Shown: positions 38,508 to 47,800, counted from the stretch's first letter. The stretch: DNA of 64,000 bases from an uncultured Erysipelotrichaceae bacterium (GCA_902793635.1 CADBEA010000007.1:3018-67017); one strand, 5' to 3'. Notes: generated by a model from the letters alone, not told the origin. Made by a program: numbers and translations.

Positions 38508-39433
38508 TGCGTATTATTACGATTTCTGTCAACAGTTCCAGCCGTCATCATACGCCGTTATGCGCCTGCATCGGCTATTTTGACGGTATGCACCGGGGTC
38601 ATCAGAAACTGATTGAAAAGACTGTCGAACTGGCGGACAAGTACGAGTGCGAAAGCGCATTGATTACTTTTGATCCCGATCCCTGGGTAACATTGAAGGG
38701 GCTCAATTCGATTCAGCATATTACAACGATGCGGCAGCGTATGAATCTGGCGGTTCATTTTGGCATTGAAAATATTGTCATTCTGAAATTCACACCGGAA
38801 ATGAGTCAGCTTTCACCGGAGGAATTCGTCACGAAGATCCTCGGCAAGCTGAATCTGAAAGGCATTGTCTGCGGTTTTGATTTCAGCTATGGATATGAAG
38901 GCAAAGGCGACTGCGAACTTCTGAAGGAACAGATGGACTGCGAAGTACAGGTCGTTGACGCGGTCACGGACAATCACGGAAAGATTTCCAGCACCCGTAT
39001 TTCCGCCGCGCTGCAAAAGGGTGAACTCCATGATGTCAATGCCATGCTCGGCTATCCGTACTTCATTGAAGGCACGATCATCCACGGCAACCATAAAGGC
39101 ACCGGGATGGGATTTCCAACCGCCAACGTGCGCTACTCCCAGGAGAACATTCTGCCGCGCAGCGGCGTGTATGCCGGCTTTGCCATCGTGGACGGAAAGC
39201 AGTATAAGGCAATGATCAACATTGGTCATAATCCGACTCTGAACTACCGTCAGATGATTTCTGTCGAAGCTCATCTGATCGGTCTGGACAGTATGATCTA
39301 CGGCAAGTACATCCGCCTTTATCCGCTTTACTATCTCCGCAGTGAAATGCGGTTTAAGAATAAAGACAATTTATGCATGCAGCTGTATCAGGACAGAAGA
39401 ACGGTCCTCAGCCTGCTGAAAGACTATGAATGA
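38507..39433 (+). CDS. ribF: Bifunctional riboflavin kinase/FAD synthetase
   Basis: IGYFDGMHRGHQ, GFDFSYG, ISSTRI, GFPTAN, NIGHNPT, VEAHL. Confidence 0.96.
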   Translation: MRIITISVNSSSRHHTPLCACIGYFDGMHRGHQKLIEKTVELADKYECESALITFDPDPWVTLKGLNSIQHITTMRQRMNLAVHFGIENIVILKFTPEMSQLSPEEFVTKILGKLNLKGIVCGFDFSYGYEGKGDCELLKEQMDCEVQVVDAVTDNHGKISSTRISAALQKGELHDVNAMLGYPYFIEGTIIHGNHKGTGMGFPTANVRYSQENILPRSGVYAGFAIVDGKQYKAMINIGHNPTLNYRQMISVEAHLIGLDSMIYGKYIRLYPLYYLRSEMRFKNKDNLCMQLYQDRRTVLSLLKDYE

Positions 39434-40739
39434 ATTATTTCTGCAGCAGATGCGGGAACTCCTGAAGGATGAATTTGACGTTTATCTCAAAGCTCTTTCA
39501 GAAAAACCCCGCAAAGGTCTGCGTGTCAACACACTGAAAACTGACGTGGAAACGTGCCGGCAGGATACCGGCATTTTCATGGTGGAAAGCCCGTTCGCAA
39601 AAAATGGTTTTTATGTGAAAGAGGAAAGAGGCCTGGGTCTGACACCCGGTTACGCATGCGGCCTGTATTATCTGCAGGAGCCAAGCGCTTCCGCAGCCGT
39701 GACAGTACTGCGCCCCGAAAAGGGAAGCAGGGTACTTGACCTGTGCGCGGCACCAGGTTCGAAATCGACCCAGATCGCCGAATACCTGCAGCAGACCGGA
39801 CTGCTCGTATGCAACGAGATCAATACCCAGCGGGCAAGGATCCTGGTGGAGAATATTGAAAGAAACGGTACGGCCAACTGCATTATCTACAATAACGACA
39901 GCAGTGACATTGCCAAAGCCTTTGCCGGATATTTTGATTATGTCCTGTGTGATGCGCCGTGTTCGGGAGAGGGGATGTTCCGCAAGGAAGAGGATGCGGT
40001 CACGATGTGGAGTCCGCAGAATGTGGAGCTCTGTGCCGAGCGGCAGCGGATGATCATTGAGAACGCATACCGCTGTCTCAGAAAAGACGGTGTTCTTGTC
40101 TATTCGACCTGCACGCTGAACAAAGAGGAAAATGAGAAGATGCTTGCCGGTTTTCTGTCTGAACACCCGGATATGCAGATGGAAGATGCCGGAGTGACTT
40201 TTGGCCGTCCGGGTTTTGATGAAGGTTTTGAAACTGACAAAGCAGTTCGTATCTTTCCGATGGATGGCGGTGAGGGCCATTTTATAGCCCGTATGAGGTG
40301 CATCGGCGGTACAGACGGAAAAGAACCCGCTGTTTCAACAGGCCGTCTTCCAGCAGCCGCTGCGGCCGTTCTGAAGGATCTTCTGGTTGAGCAGTATCCG
40401 TATTATTACACGTATCAGAACCGTATCTATGGCGGTATCTGTCCTTTTCTGATGCCGAAGGGTCTGCACCTCATGCGGCATCAGGTATTTCTTGGTGAAA
40501 TGGTAAAAGATCGCTTTGAACCGTCACATCATTTGTTTGCTTCTGCATACACGGACTTCAAAAACTGTTATGATATGAGTGATGAAGAATGCCGGCGCTA
40601 CCTGCATGGTGAGCAGCTGAACGCGGCTCTGCCGAAAGGCTGGTATGCAATGCATTGGAAGGGCCACACCGTCGGCGGTGCGAAATCCGACGGCCGGGCA
40701 TTGAAAAACAAGTATCCCAAACAATACAGGTTAAAGTAA
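39426..40739 (+). CDS. RsmF/NOL1/NOP2 family RNA m5C methyltransferase
   Basis: YYLQEPSA, VLDLCAAPGSKS, VLCDAPCSGEGMFRK, LVYSTCT. Confidence 0.93.
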   Translation: MNELFLQQMRELLKDEFDVYLKALSEKPRKGLRVNTLKTDVETCRQDTGIFMVESPFAKNGFYVKEERGLGLTPGYACGLYYLQEPSASAAVTVLRPEKGSRVLDLCAAPGSKSTQIAEYLQQTGLLVCNEINTQRARILVENIERNGTANCIIYNNDSSDIAKAFAGYFDYVLCDAPCSGEGMFRKEEDAVTMWSPQNVELCAERQRMIIENAYRCLRKDGVLVYSTCTLNKEENEKMLAGFLSEHPDMQMEDAGVTFGRPGFDEGFETDKAVRIFPMDGGEGHFIARMRCIGGTDGKEPAVSTGRLPAAAAAVLKDLLVEQYPYYYTYQNRIYGGICPFLMPKGLHLMRHQVFLGEMVKDRFEPSHHLFASAYTDFKNCYDMSDEECRRYLHGEQLNAALPKGWYAMHWKGHTVGGAKSDGRALKNKYPKQYRLK

Positions 40740-40740
40740 T

Positions 40741-42111
40741 ATGCGTATCAAATTATTCGATTTTATTGATGACACCCTTGAGTATTACGAAAGGAAGATG
40801 CCTTCTTTTGAATATGCTCAGAAGCAGGTCATGACAGCATTTCAGAATATGTTTTCCGACAAGACAGATTCGATCGTCAATTATCATACCCGCATCAAGA
40901 AGCTGAACAGTCTGAAGGAGAAGCTGATCCGTAACCAGTTCTATCTTGACTATGCGACACCGGAAGAAGCCATCGAACATCTTTCCGATCTGATCGGCAT
41001 CACCATTCAGTGCCGTTTTATCCGCAACGAAACCGAAATATACAAGGAACTCTTCAATTATTTCGAGAATGCAGACAACGGCTACAGTGCCTGCATCATT
41101 GACAAGAATATATACATGAATCTGCATATGCCGCAGCCGCAGATCCAGCGCAACGGTTTCACGATCTTCCGGATCGACGGCTATTACATGTTCAACTACA
41201 GCCGCATTAACTTTGAACTGCAGATCAAATCTCTGGTCCATACGTTCTGGAGTGAAATCGAGCATGAAGTCGTATATAAGAATCCCGGCTTTGTCATGTA
41301 TGACAATTTCAACCGGAACATGCTGGGTGCCATCCGTGACAATCTCGATGTCGTCGATCGGCAGCTGGAAATCATGTACAACGAGATCTCGCATGAAAGC
41401 AAACGCAATCAGATCGGTATGGATGAGCAGGGATTCAAGCTGTTTGTTTCCCGCAGTATCAACGATCTGGTAAACCGCAAAATGAAGGATTCCGTCGGTT
41501 TCGCTACCGACTTCAAGAAATGCAGTGCCACGATCTCCCAGTATATATACCTGCATGATTTCATGGGCGAAGGGGAGAACCGCATCAAGATGGTTGATTA
41601 TTTGGAGAAGATCTCGGTGATCAATGAAGATGATCTGGACTTCAGTGAAACGCTGCAGCTCAGCGGTGAATATCACTCCCGCGATATCTTCTGTGATATT
41701 CTCGGCAAATACATGCAGACGGTGATCAATTCCAATTTCCGCTGGCATGTATTCTTCACGATGCTGTTTGAACTGGAAGAAAGCGATAACCTTGTCGTAC
41801 TTGATGATTTCCTCAATGTCGTCAAAAAGCTCCTGATCCAGCCGCGCTGGTATCGTTCGACATTCTCAACGTTCGACAAGGATGTGCAGGATACGATGCA
41901 TTTCGAACTGAGCAAGACGATGGCCGAGGCACTGGTGGATGCTGACAAGATCGATATCGTGCATGAAGATAAACTGTACCGCTGCATGAATATCTTCCGG
42001 GCATTTACCGATAACCTGCAGAAAAGGTATAAAGACGGAAAAATCATGCTGAGAGATATCGAAACTATCCGGGATGATCTGTATCATCAGATCGCTATGT
42101 TGTTTAAATAA
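40741..42111 (+). CDS. RelA/SpoT (nucleotidyltransferase) domain protein with long C-terminal domain
   Basis: RIKKLNSLKEKL, DLIGITI, FELQIKSLVHTFWSEIEHEVVYK. Confidence 0.8.
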   Translation: MRIKLFDFIDDTLEYYERKMPSFEYAQKQVMTAFQNMFSDKTDSIVNYHTRIKKLNSLKEKLIRNQFYLDYATPEEAIEHLSDLIGITIQCRFIRNETEIYKELFNYFENADNGYSACIIDKNIYMNLHMPQPQIQRNGFTIFRIDGYYMFNYSRINFELQIKSLVHTFWSEIEHEVVYKNPGFVMYDNFNRNMLGAIRDNLDVVDRQLEIMYNEISHESKRNQIGMDEQGFKLFVSRSINDLVNRKMKDSVGFATDFKKCSATISQYIYLHDFMGEGENRIKMVDYLEKISVINEDDLDFSETLQLSGEYHSRDIFCDILGKYMQTVINSNFRWHVFFTMLFELEESDNLVVLDDFLNVVKKLLIQPRWYRSTFSTFDKDVQDTMHFELSKTMAEALVDADKIDIVHEDKLYRCMNIFRAFTDNLQKRYKDGKIMLRDIETIRDDLYHQIAMLFK

Positions 42112-42150
42112 TCAAAATACTGTTATAATATGACAGTCGAGGTGATAAAT

Positions 42151-42477
42151 ATGGCACAGGATTATGTAGTACTGAATGAAAACAACGGTCATGGCATGAT
42201 TGCCATCAATAAGTCCGTATTCAAAGCAATCTCCGAACTCAGCATTGATGATATCGAGAATTCTGTCCGTATTCCGGACACCAGATTCAGCAAGCCGCTG
42301 AATGTAAGAATCGAAAAGAACAAGCTTTATATCACAGCGGATATCAAGATTAAATACGGCGCCAACGTCGAAGCGACATGCGAACTGGTGCAGAACAAGA
42401 TCTATGAGAATCTGCTGTTGATGACAGGCTTCAAAGCAAGCGACGTAACCGTAAATGTTACCGGTTTTGAAATCTGA
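42151..42477 (+). CDS. Asp23/Gls24 family envelope stress protein
   Basis: IKIKYGANVEATCELVQNKIYENLLLMTG...VTVNV. Confidence 0.85.
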   Translation: MAQDYVVLNENNGHGMIAINKSVFKAISELSIDDIENSVRIPDTRFSKPLNVRIEKNKLYITADIKIKYGANVEATCELVQNKIYENLLLMTGFKASDVTVNVTGFEI

Positions 42478-42535
42478 AAACATGCTTGACAAGCGATAAA
42501 TATAGTAGTTAAATAAACAAGGTAATTGAATTTCG

Positions 42536-42655
42536 GAAAGAAGAAGCACCGCTTCTCACCTGAAGTCCATCCGGACCTGGGTAGAAATGCCGCAAGAGAT
42601 TGATTGAACAGTTTTCTGAGGGCAGGTGCGTATTCCGTATCTGCTTTTTCAATTA
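42536..42655 (+). promoter_or_regulatory. L20 leader RNA of infC-rpmI-rplT
   Basis: GAAGCACCGCTTCTCACCTG ... GAGGGCAGGTGCG...TATCTGCTTTTT, matching the Firmicute L20 leader; TTGACA at 42486. Confidence 0.85.
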
Positions 42656-42671
42656 TGATAGGAGGGTTTAC

Positions 42672-43268
42672 TTGGGAAGACCAAAAAACAACAAAAACAG
42701 ACGTAAAGAACCGCAGGATATCGTAAATGAAGATATCCGATTCAAAGAAGTGCTCGTTATCGGACCGAACGGAGAACAGCTCGGTGTCATGATGCGCCGT
42801 GAGGCACTGGAGAAGGCTTATGAGCTTGATCTGGACCTGCTCTGTGTTGCGCCGAACGCACCGACCCCGGTATGCAAGATCCTGGACTATGGTCGCTACC
42901 GTTTCGAAGAACAGAAGAAAGCCCGTGATGCCAAGAAGAAGCAGCACGTGACAGAGATCAAGGGACTGCGTGTTTCACCGGTCATTGATCAGCATGACTT
43001 CGACACAAAGCTGAAGAGAGCCAGGGAATGGATCGAGGATGGTCAGAAAGTCAAGATCGACATGCGCTTCCGCGGCCGTATGATCACACGTCAGGAAGTC
43101 GGCAAGGAGATTCTCAATCAGTTTATTGAGCAGATTTCGGATATAGCTGAAGTTACCAAAGCTCCTTCTCTTGAAGGAAATACGATGTCCGTAGTTTTCT
43201 CGCCAAGAAAAGGAAAAGTAAAGGAGAACAAAAATGAAAGCGAAAGCAAAGAAGCCAAAGAAAATTAA
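42672..43268 (+). CDS. infC: Translation initiation factor IF-3
   Basis: TTG start after GGAGG; VNEDIRFKEVLVIG, PVCKILDYGRYRFE, KVKIDMRFRGR. Confidence 0.96.
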   Translation: MGRPKNNKNRRKEPQDIVNEDIRFKEVLVIGPNGEQLGVMMRREALEKAYELDLDLLCVAPNAPTPVCKILDYGRYRFEEQKKARDAKKKQHVTEIKGLRVSPVIDQHDFDTKLKRAREWIEDGQKVKIDMRFRGRMITRQEVGKEILNQFIEQISDIAEVTKAPSLEGNTMSVVFSPRKGKVKENKNESESKEAKEN

Positions 43269-43455
43269 AATGAAGACGAAGAAGACCTTCGCTAAGCGCA
43301 GTAAGATTTCCGGAAGCGGAAAACTCATTGTTCAGCACAACTATGTTTCACACTTTGCAGCAAACAAGAGCCACAAGCAGAAGATACACCTGGCTAAGAG
43401 TACAACTGCTCACGATACCGACTACAAGCGTGACAAGCAGTTGTTACAGGGTTGA
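43234..43455 (+). CDS. rpmI: 50S ribosomal protein L35
   Basis: KMKTKKTFAKRSKISGSGK...SHFAANKSHKQK; position between infC and rplT. Confidence 0.9.
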   Translation: MKAKAKKPKKIKMKTKKTFAKRSKISGSGKLIVQHNYVSHFAANKSHKQKIHLAKSTTAHDTDYKRDKQLLQG

Positions 43456-43471
43456 TCAGGAGGGCTAGAAG

Positions 43472-43831
43472 ATGAGAGTAAAAGGATCTACACCAACACG
43501 TAACAGACGTAAGAAAGTATTAAAGCTTGCAAAGGGTTACTTCGGAAGCAAGCACCTCCTGTTCAGAACAGCCAATGAACAGGTCATGCGTTCTTTAAGA
43601 TATTCCTATATCGGCAGAAAGCAGACAAAGCGTGAAATGCGCAAACTGTGGATTGCCCGTATCAATGCGGCATGCAGAATGCACGATCTCAGCTACAGCA
43701 AGTTCATGCACGGTCTGAAGCTGGCTGACATCAATGTCAACCGTAAGATGCTGTCCGAAATCGCCATTCATGACGAGAAGGGCTTCGCTGATCTGGTATC
43801 CGCTGCCAAAGCAGAACTGGAAAAGGCATAA
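43472..43831 (+). CDS. rplT: 50S ribosomal protein L20
   Basis: MRVKG...LAKGYFG...[11 protein letters not shown]...NRKMLSEIA. Confidence 0.98.
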   Translation: MRVKGSTPTRNRRKKVLKLAKGYFGSKHLLFRTANEQVMRSLRYSYIGRKQTKREMRKLWIARINAACRMHDLSYSKFMHGLKLADINVNRKMLSEIAIHDEKGFADLVSAAKAELEKA

Positions 43832-43905
43832 TCCGGTTGTCATCCGAGCCAAAATATAGTAAGATATCAAAGCACTGGGAAACTTGATGAGAGTTTCCCA
43901 ATCAT

Positions 43906-43979
43906 GGCGCGTTGGTGAAGCGGCTTAACACACCGCCCTCTCAAGGCGGCATTCACGGGTTCGAATCCCGTACGCGTCA
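43906..43979 (+). tRNA. tRNA-Glu (anticodon CTC)
   Basis: Cloverleaf: GGCGCGT/ACGCGTC acceptor, CCGCC-CTCTCAA-GGCGG anticodon arm, GGTTCGAATCC; CCA not encoded. Confidence 0.95.
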
Positions 43980-43981
43980 CT

Positions 43982-44010
43982 GAAACTGTACTGAAAGGTA
44001 CAGTTTTTTA
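43982..44010 (+). terminator. Terminator after tRNA-Glu
   Basis: AAACTGTAC-TGAAAG-GTACAGTTT-TTT. Confidence 0.8.
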
Positions 44011-44181
44011 TTGTTTACAGGGGCGGAAATAATTATGACAACTTGTGTCGTAATACATATATCCTATTTCCGAGTGACAGAGGTGGATCGTACTATTAAA
44101 ACATGCTGTGTCGAAATAGAAATGATGCTGTTTTCTCCCTGAAAATGAAAAAAACCGGAGAGTAATCTCCGGTATCGTTGA

Positions 44182-45618
44182 TTATAATTGGCTGATGGCA
44201 ATGTCCAGACGGCGCAGAGTTTCTTCCTTGCCGAGGATGGAGGCGATTTCAATTGCTCCGCCAGGTGTGGAAGGCAGGCCGGTAATGGCGACCCGGAGCG
44301 GGAAGAGAACCTGACCGTTTTTCTTTTCCAGTTTCTTCGGCAGTTCGAGAAGAACGGTATGGAGTGCTTCCTGCGACCAGTCTTCCTGATTCTGCAGTAC
44401 AGTACGGCATTCCGGCAGGATTTCTTTGGCGACTTCCGCGTTTGTTTTCATCTTCTTATTGAAGTAAAGATCATTTTCGAAAGAAGGGAACTCATCGAAG
44501 AATGTCAGCATACCCGGGATTTCCTGCAGGGTGTTGGCACGCTGCTGGATGATCGCGGCGATCTTATGACGGTCGAAATCACCTTTGACAGCCTTGTTGA
44601 TGTATGGTGTGACCAGTTCGGTATAGGAATCGAGATCCATCTGTCTTAACCACATACCATTGAGCCATTTCAGCTTTTCCGGATCGAAGATGGCACCGAC
44701 CTTGCCGATACGCTTGACGTTGAATGCCTGTACCAGTTCATCCAGAGTATAGATTTCCCGGTCTTCTTCCGGTGCCCAGCCAAGCAGGGCGATATAGTTG
44801 AGGATAGCTTCCGGCAGATAGCCTTTATCGACCAGATCCTGGAAGGAGGCGTCGCCGTTACGCTTGGAAAGTTTGCTGTGCTCGTCCTTCATGACCGGCG
44901 GGCAGTGGATATAACGGGGAATGTCCCAGTCAAACGCATTGTAGATCAGGTTGTACTTCGGGGTGGAGGAAAGATATTCCATACCGCGGACAACATCAGT
45001 GATACCCATCAGATGGTCATCGATGACATTGGCGAAATTGTAAGTGGGGAAGCCGTCGCTCTTCAGAAGCACCTGTTCGTCCAGTGTGCTGTTGTCGACA
45101 GTGATCGTTCCGAATACTTCATCGTCAAATGATGTCTGTCCTTCCGGAATTGTCTGACGGACGACATATTTCGCACCTTCGGCAATACGCTTCGCACATT
45201 CTTCCGGAGAAAGAAGCTTGCAAGGATCATCGTATTTGAAACTGTCGCCTTCCGCTTCACGCTGCGCCTGCAGCATTTCCTCATCACAGAAGCAGTAATG
45301 AGCACCGCCGCGTTTGATCAGCCGCTCGGCGTAATCACGGTAGATGCCGCTGGTCACACGCTCGGACTGAACGTAGGGACCGTAGTCGCCGCCGACATCC
45401 GGTCCTTCGTCATGTTTCAGGCCGCAGGCACGGATCGTATCATAAATAATATCTGTCGCGCCTTCGACAAGACGTCCCTGATCGGTGTCTTCAATACGGA
45501 GAATGAATACTCCATCCGGGTCTTTACGGGCGACAAGATATGCATAAAGGGCGGTACGCAGGTTGCCGATATGCATGTATCCGGTCGGACTCGGCGCAAA
45601 TCTTGTTCTGACTGTCAT
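44182..45618 (-). CDS. gltX: Glutamate--tRNA ligase
   Basis: RTRFAPSPTGYMHIG, LRIEDTD, KSDGFPTYNFA, KLSKR. Confidence 0.98.
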   Translation of the reverse strand: MTVRTRFAPSPTGYMHIGNLRTALYAYLVARKDPDGVFILRIEDTDQGRLVEGATDIIYDTIRACGLKHDEGPDVGGDYGPYVQSERVTSGIYRDYAERLIKRGGAHYCFCDEEMLQAQREAEGDSFKYDDPCKLLSPEECAKRIAEGAKYVVRQTIPEGQTSFDDEVFGTITVDNSTLDEQVLLKSDGFPTYNFANVIDDHLMGITDVVRGMEYLSSTPKYNLIYNAFDWDIPRYIHCPPVMKDEHSKLSKRNGDASFQDLVDKGYLPEAILNYIALLGWAPEEDREIYTLDELVQAFNVKRIGKVGAIFDPEKLKWLNGMWLRQMDLDSYTELVTPYINKAVKGDFDRHKIAAIIQQRANTLQEIPGMLTFFDEFPSFENDLYFNKKMKTNAEVAKEILPECRTVLQNQEDWSQEALHTVLLELPKKLEKKNGQVLFPLRVAITGLPSTPGGAIEIASILGKEETLRRLDIAISQL

Positions 45619-45780
45619 GTTAATACTCCTTGTTTTTTACCTGTCAATTTTACTCTAATTCAGCATTGCTGACAATTGAAAGAAAAACCTCAGATTACTC
45701 TGAGGCTGATCCGGTTCTTCATTGATACTTCGCATACATTCACTTTCGTGAACAGCAGCCGATATAACGAGAGCCTTAGG

Positions 45781-45852
45781 CTGGGATAGAGAGATTTGAA
45801 CTCCCGAATGGCTGGTTCAGAGCCAGCTGCCTTACCACTTGGCTATATCCCA
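45781..45852 (-). tRNA. tRNA-Gln (anticodon CTG)
   Basis: Reverse complement TGGGATATAGCCAAGTGGTAAGGCAGCTGGCTCTGAACCAGCCATTCGGGAGTTCAAATCTCTCTATCCCAG; U1-A72. Confidence 0.95.
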
Positions 45853-46094
45853 ATATTTACTGCAATAACTATTATAGCCATTTGCCAAAAAACATCAAGA
45901 AAAAAATTAACCAGTTTTCAAACAGGTTTTCATGACTTCTGAAAGGCTTATTGTCATATAGTTTTCCGCCTGGTATATATTCATCTTTTATACTGCATTT
46001 ATGCATTCTTTTTCACACATGCAGTTTTCAAAAGAAATACTGTTATATAAAAGGGGTGGTTGATATAATATTACCGGAAATGAGGAAAATACAT

Positions 46095-47285
46095 ATGGAA
46101 CGAATGATTGGCACCGTTTCAAGAGGACTTCGTGCACCGATCGTAAAGACCGGCGACGATCTCAAAACAATCGCAGTTGATACAGTTCTGAAGGCAGCTT
46201 CTGCCGGTGAATTTGAAATCCGGGACAGAGACGTCCTGGCCATTACGGAATCGATCCTGGCCCGCGCCCAGGGAAACTACTGCAGCATCGATGACATCGG
46301 CACAGATGTCAGAAACAAACTCGGCGGAGAAACGATCGGCGTCATCTTCCCGATCACCAGCCGCAACCGTTTCGCCATTGTTCTGCGCGGTATTGCAAGA
46401 GGCGCGAAAAAGATCGTGCTGATGCTCAGCTATCCGTCTGATGAAGTCGGCAACCCGCTGTTTGATGTGGAACTGCTCTATGATACAAATATCAATCCGT
46501 ATTCGGATGTCCTTTCACAGGAACAGTTTGAAGCGGTTTTCGGAAAAGCTTCCCATCCGTTTACGGCAATGGACTATGTGACATACTACAAGGAACTCAT
46601 TGAAAACGAAGGCTGTGAAGCGGAAATCATCTTCGCCAACAATGCCGTTTCGATTCTGAAATATACAAAGAACGTTCTCAACTGCGACATTCATACCCGC
46701 CGCAGAACCCAGAAGATCCTGAAGAGAGCGGGAGCGGAAAAAGTATTCTCCCTCGATCAGATCATGGACGCACCGGTCAACGGCAGCGGTTATAACAAAG
46801 AATACGGTCTGCTTGGTTCCAACAAATCCACTGAGGACACCGTAAAACTGTTCCCGATGAAGGCCCAGGAATTTGTCGAAGAAGTTCAGGCAGAACTCAT
46901 CGAAAAGACCGGCAAACAGGTCGAAGTCATGGTTTACGGCGACGGCGCTTTCAAGGATCCGGTCGGAAAGATCTGGGAACTTGCTGATCCGGTCGTATCT
47001 CCGGGTTATACATCCGGTCTGATCGGCACACCGAACGAACTGAAACTGAAGTATCTGGCTGACAATCAGTTCGCCGGTCTTACGGGCGATGAACTGCGTC
47101 ATGCCATCCGTCAGTCCATCATTGAAAAAGACGCTCAGCTCGTCGGTAAAATGGATTCGGAAGGAACAACTCCGCGCCGCCTGACTGATCTGATCGGTTC
47201 ACTTTCCGACTTGACCAGCGGATCCGGTGACAAGGGAACTCCATTTGTCTACATCCAGGGATATTTCGACAATTATACAGACTGA
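46095..47285 (+). CDS. CofE-like (F420-0:gamma-glutamyl ligase family) protein
   Basis: GLRAPIVKTGDDL, DRDVLAITESILARAQG, VMVYGDG, DLIGSLSDLTSGSGDKGTPFVYIQGY. Confidence 0.75.
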   Translation: MERMIGTVSRGLRAPIVKTGDDLKTIAVDTVLKAASAGEFEIRDRDVLAITESILARAQGNYCSIDDIGTDVRNKLGGETIGVIFPITSRNRFAIVLRGIARGAKKIVLMLSYPSDEVGNPLFDVELLYDTNINPYSDVLSQEQFEAVFGKASHPFTAMDYVTYYKELIENEGCEAEIIFANNAVSILKYTKNVLNCDIHTRRRTQKILKRAGAEKVFSLDQIMDAPVNGSGYNKEYGLLGSNKSTEDTVKLFPMKAQEFVEEVQAELIEKTGKQVEVMVYGDGAFKDPVGKIWELADPVVSPGYTSGLIGTPNELKLKYLADNQFAGLTGDELRHAIRQSIIEKDAQLVGKMDSEGTTPRRLTDLIGSLSDLTSGSGDKGTPFVYIQGYFDNYTD

Positions 47286-47458
47286 TAAAGAGGCGGTCAT
47301 TCTCACGCTTATTCTGATGAAAAGTGTTTCTCTTCGAAATACTTTCTGTGTGTATACCTGATACAACAAAGAAACTCAGAAGAAGGTGACAAATAACTCC
47401 GTCTGTCGGCATGTTTGCCTGGCACAACAATGAATAACTAAAGAAATGTAGAAGAATC

Positions 47459-47800
47459 ATGTAAGACAAGAAACAGCTGAACGACGAAAACATCGAAAAA
47501 GTACCCGGCGGCCGTGTCCTGCTGGCAGGTGACCTTGCCCGTCTTGGCCCGGAAGACAGAAAAGCAATGCTGAAAACCTGGGAGAGAATTGATAACGAAT
47601 CAGCTAATAAACTACCCGCGGCAGTTCTCGATAAGGTCTCCGGCGGCGTCAGTGCGGATGATGATGACGACGATCCCTTCCAGTGGTACTGGAGGACCTG
47701 GTACAACTGCCCGGAATGCGGACAGTATTTAATCGCATACGCTCCGAACGATGAAATTGAGTATCTTTTCTGCGGCTGCGGATTTGATGACAGATATTGA
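47459..47800 (+). pseudogene. Small Cys-rich protein with double-Gly-leader-like motifs; stop at codon 2 (77-aa restart ORF 47567-47800 is intact)
   Basis: ATG TAA GAC AAG AAA CAG CTG... in frame with ORF 47567; CPECG and CGCG motifs. Confidence 0.5.

Noticed and set aside
5379-47464. Possible stop-codon reassignment suggested by the in-frame TGA (5379) and TAA (47462) in small genes
   Set aside because: TGA and TAA end many conserved genes at their expected C-termini (gmk, valS, rluB, rpsD), so the standard code applies
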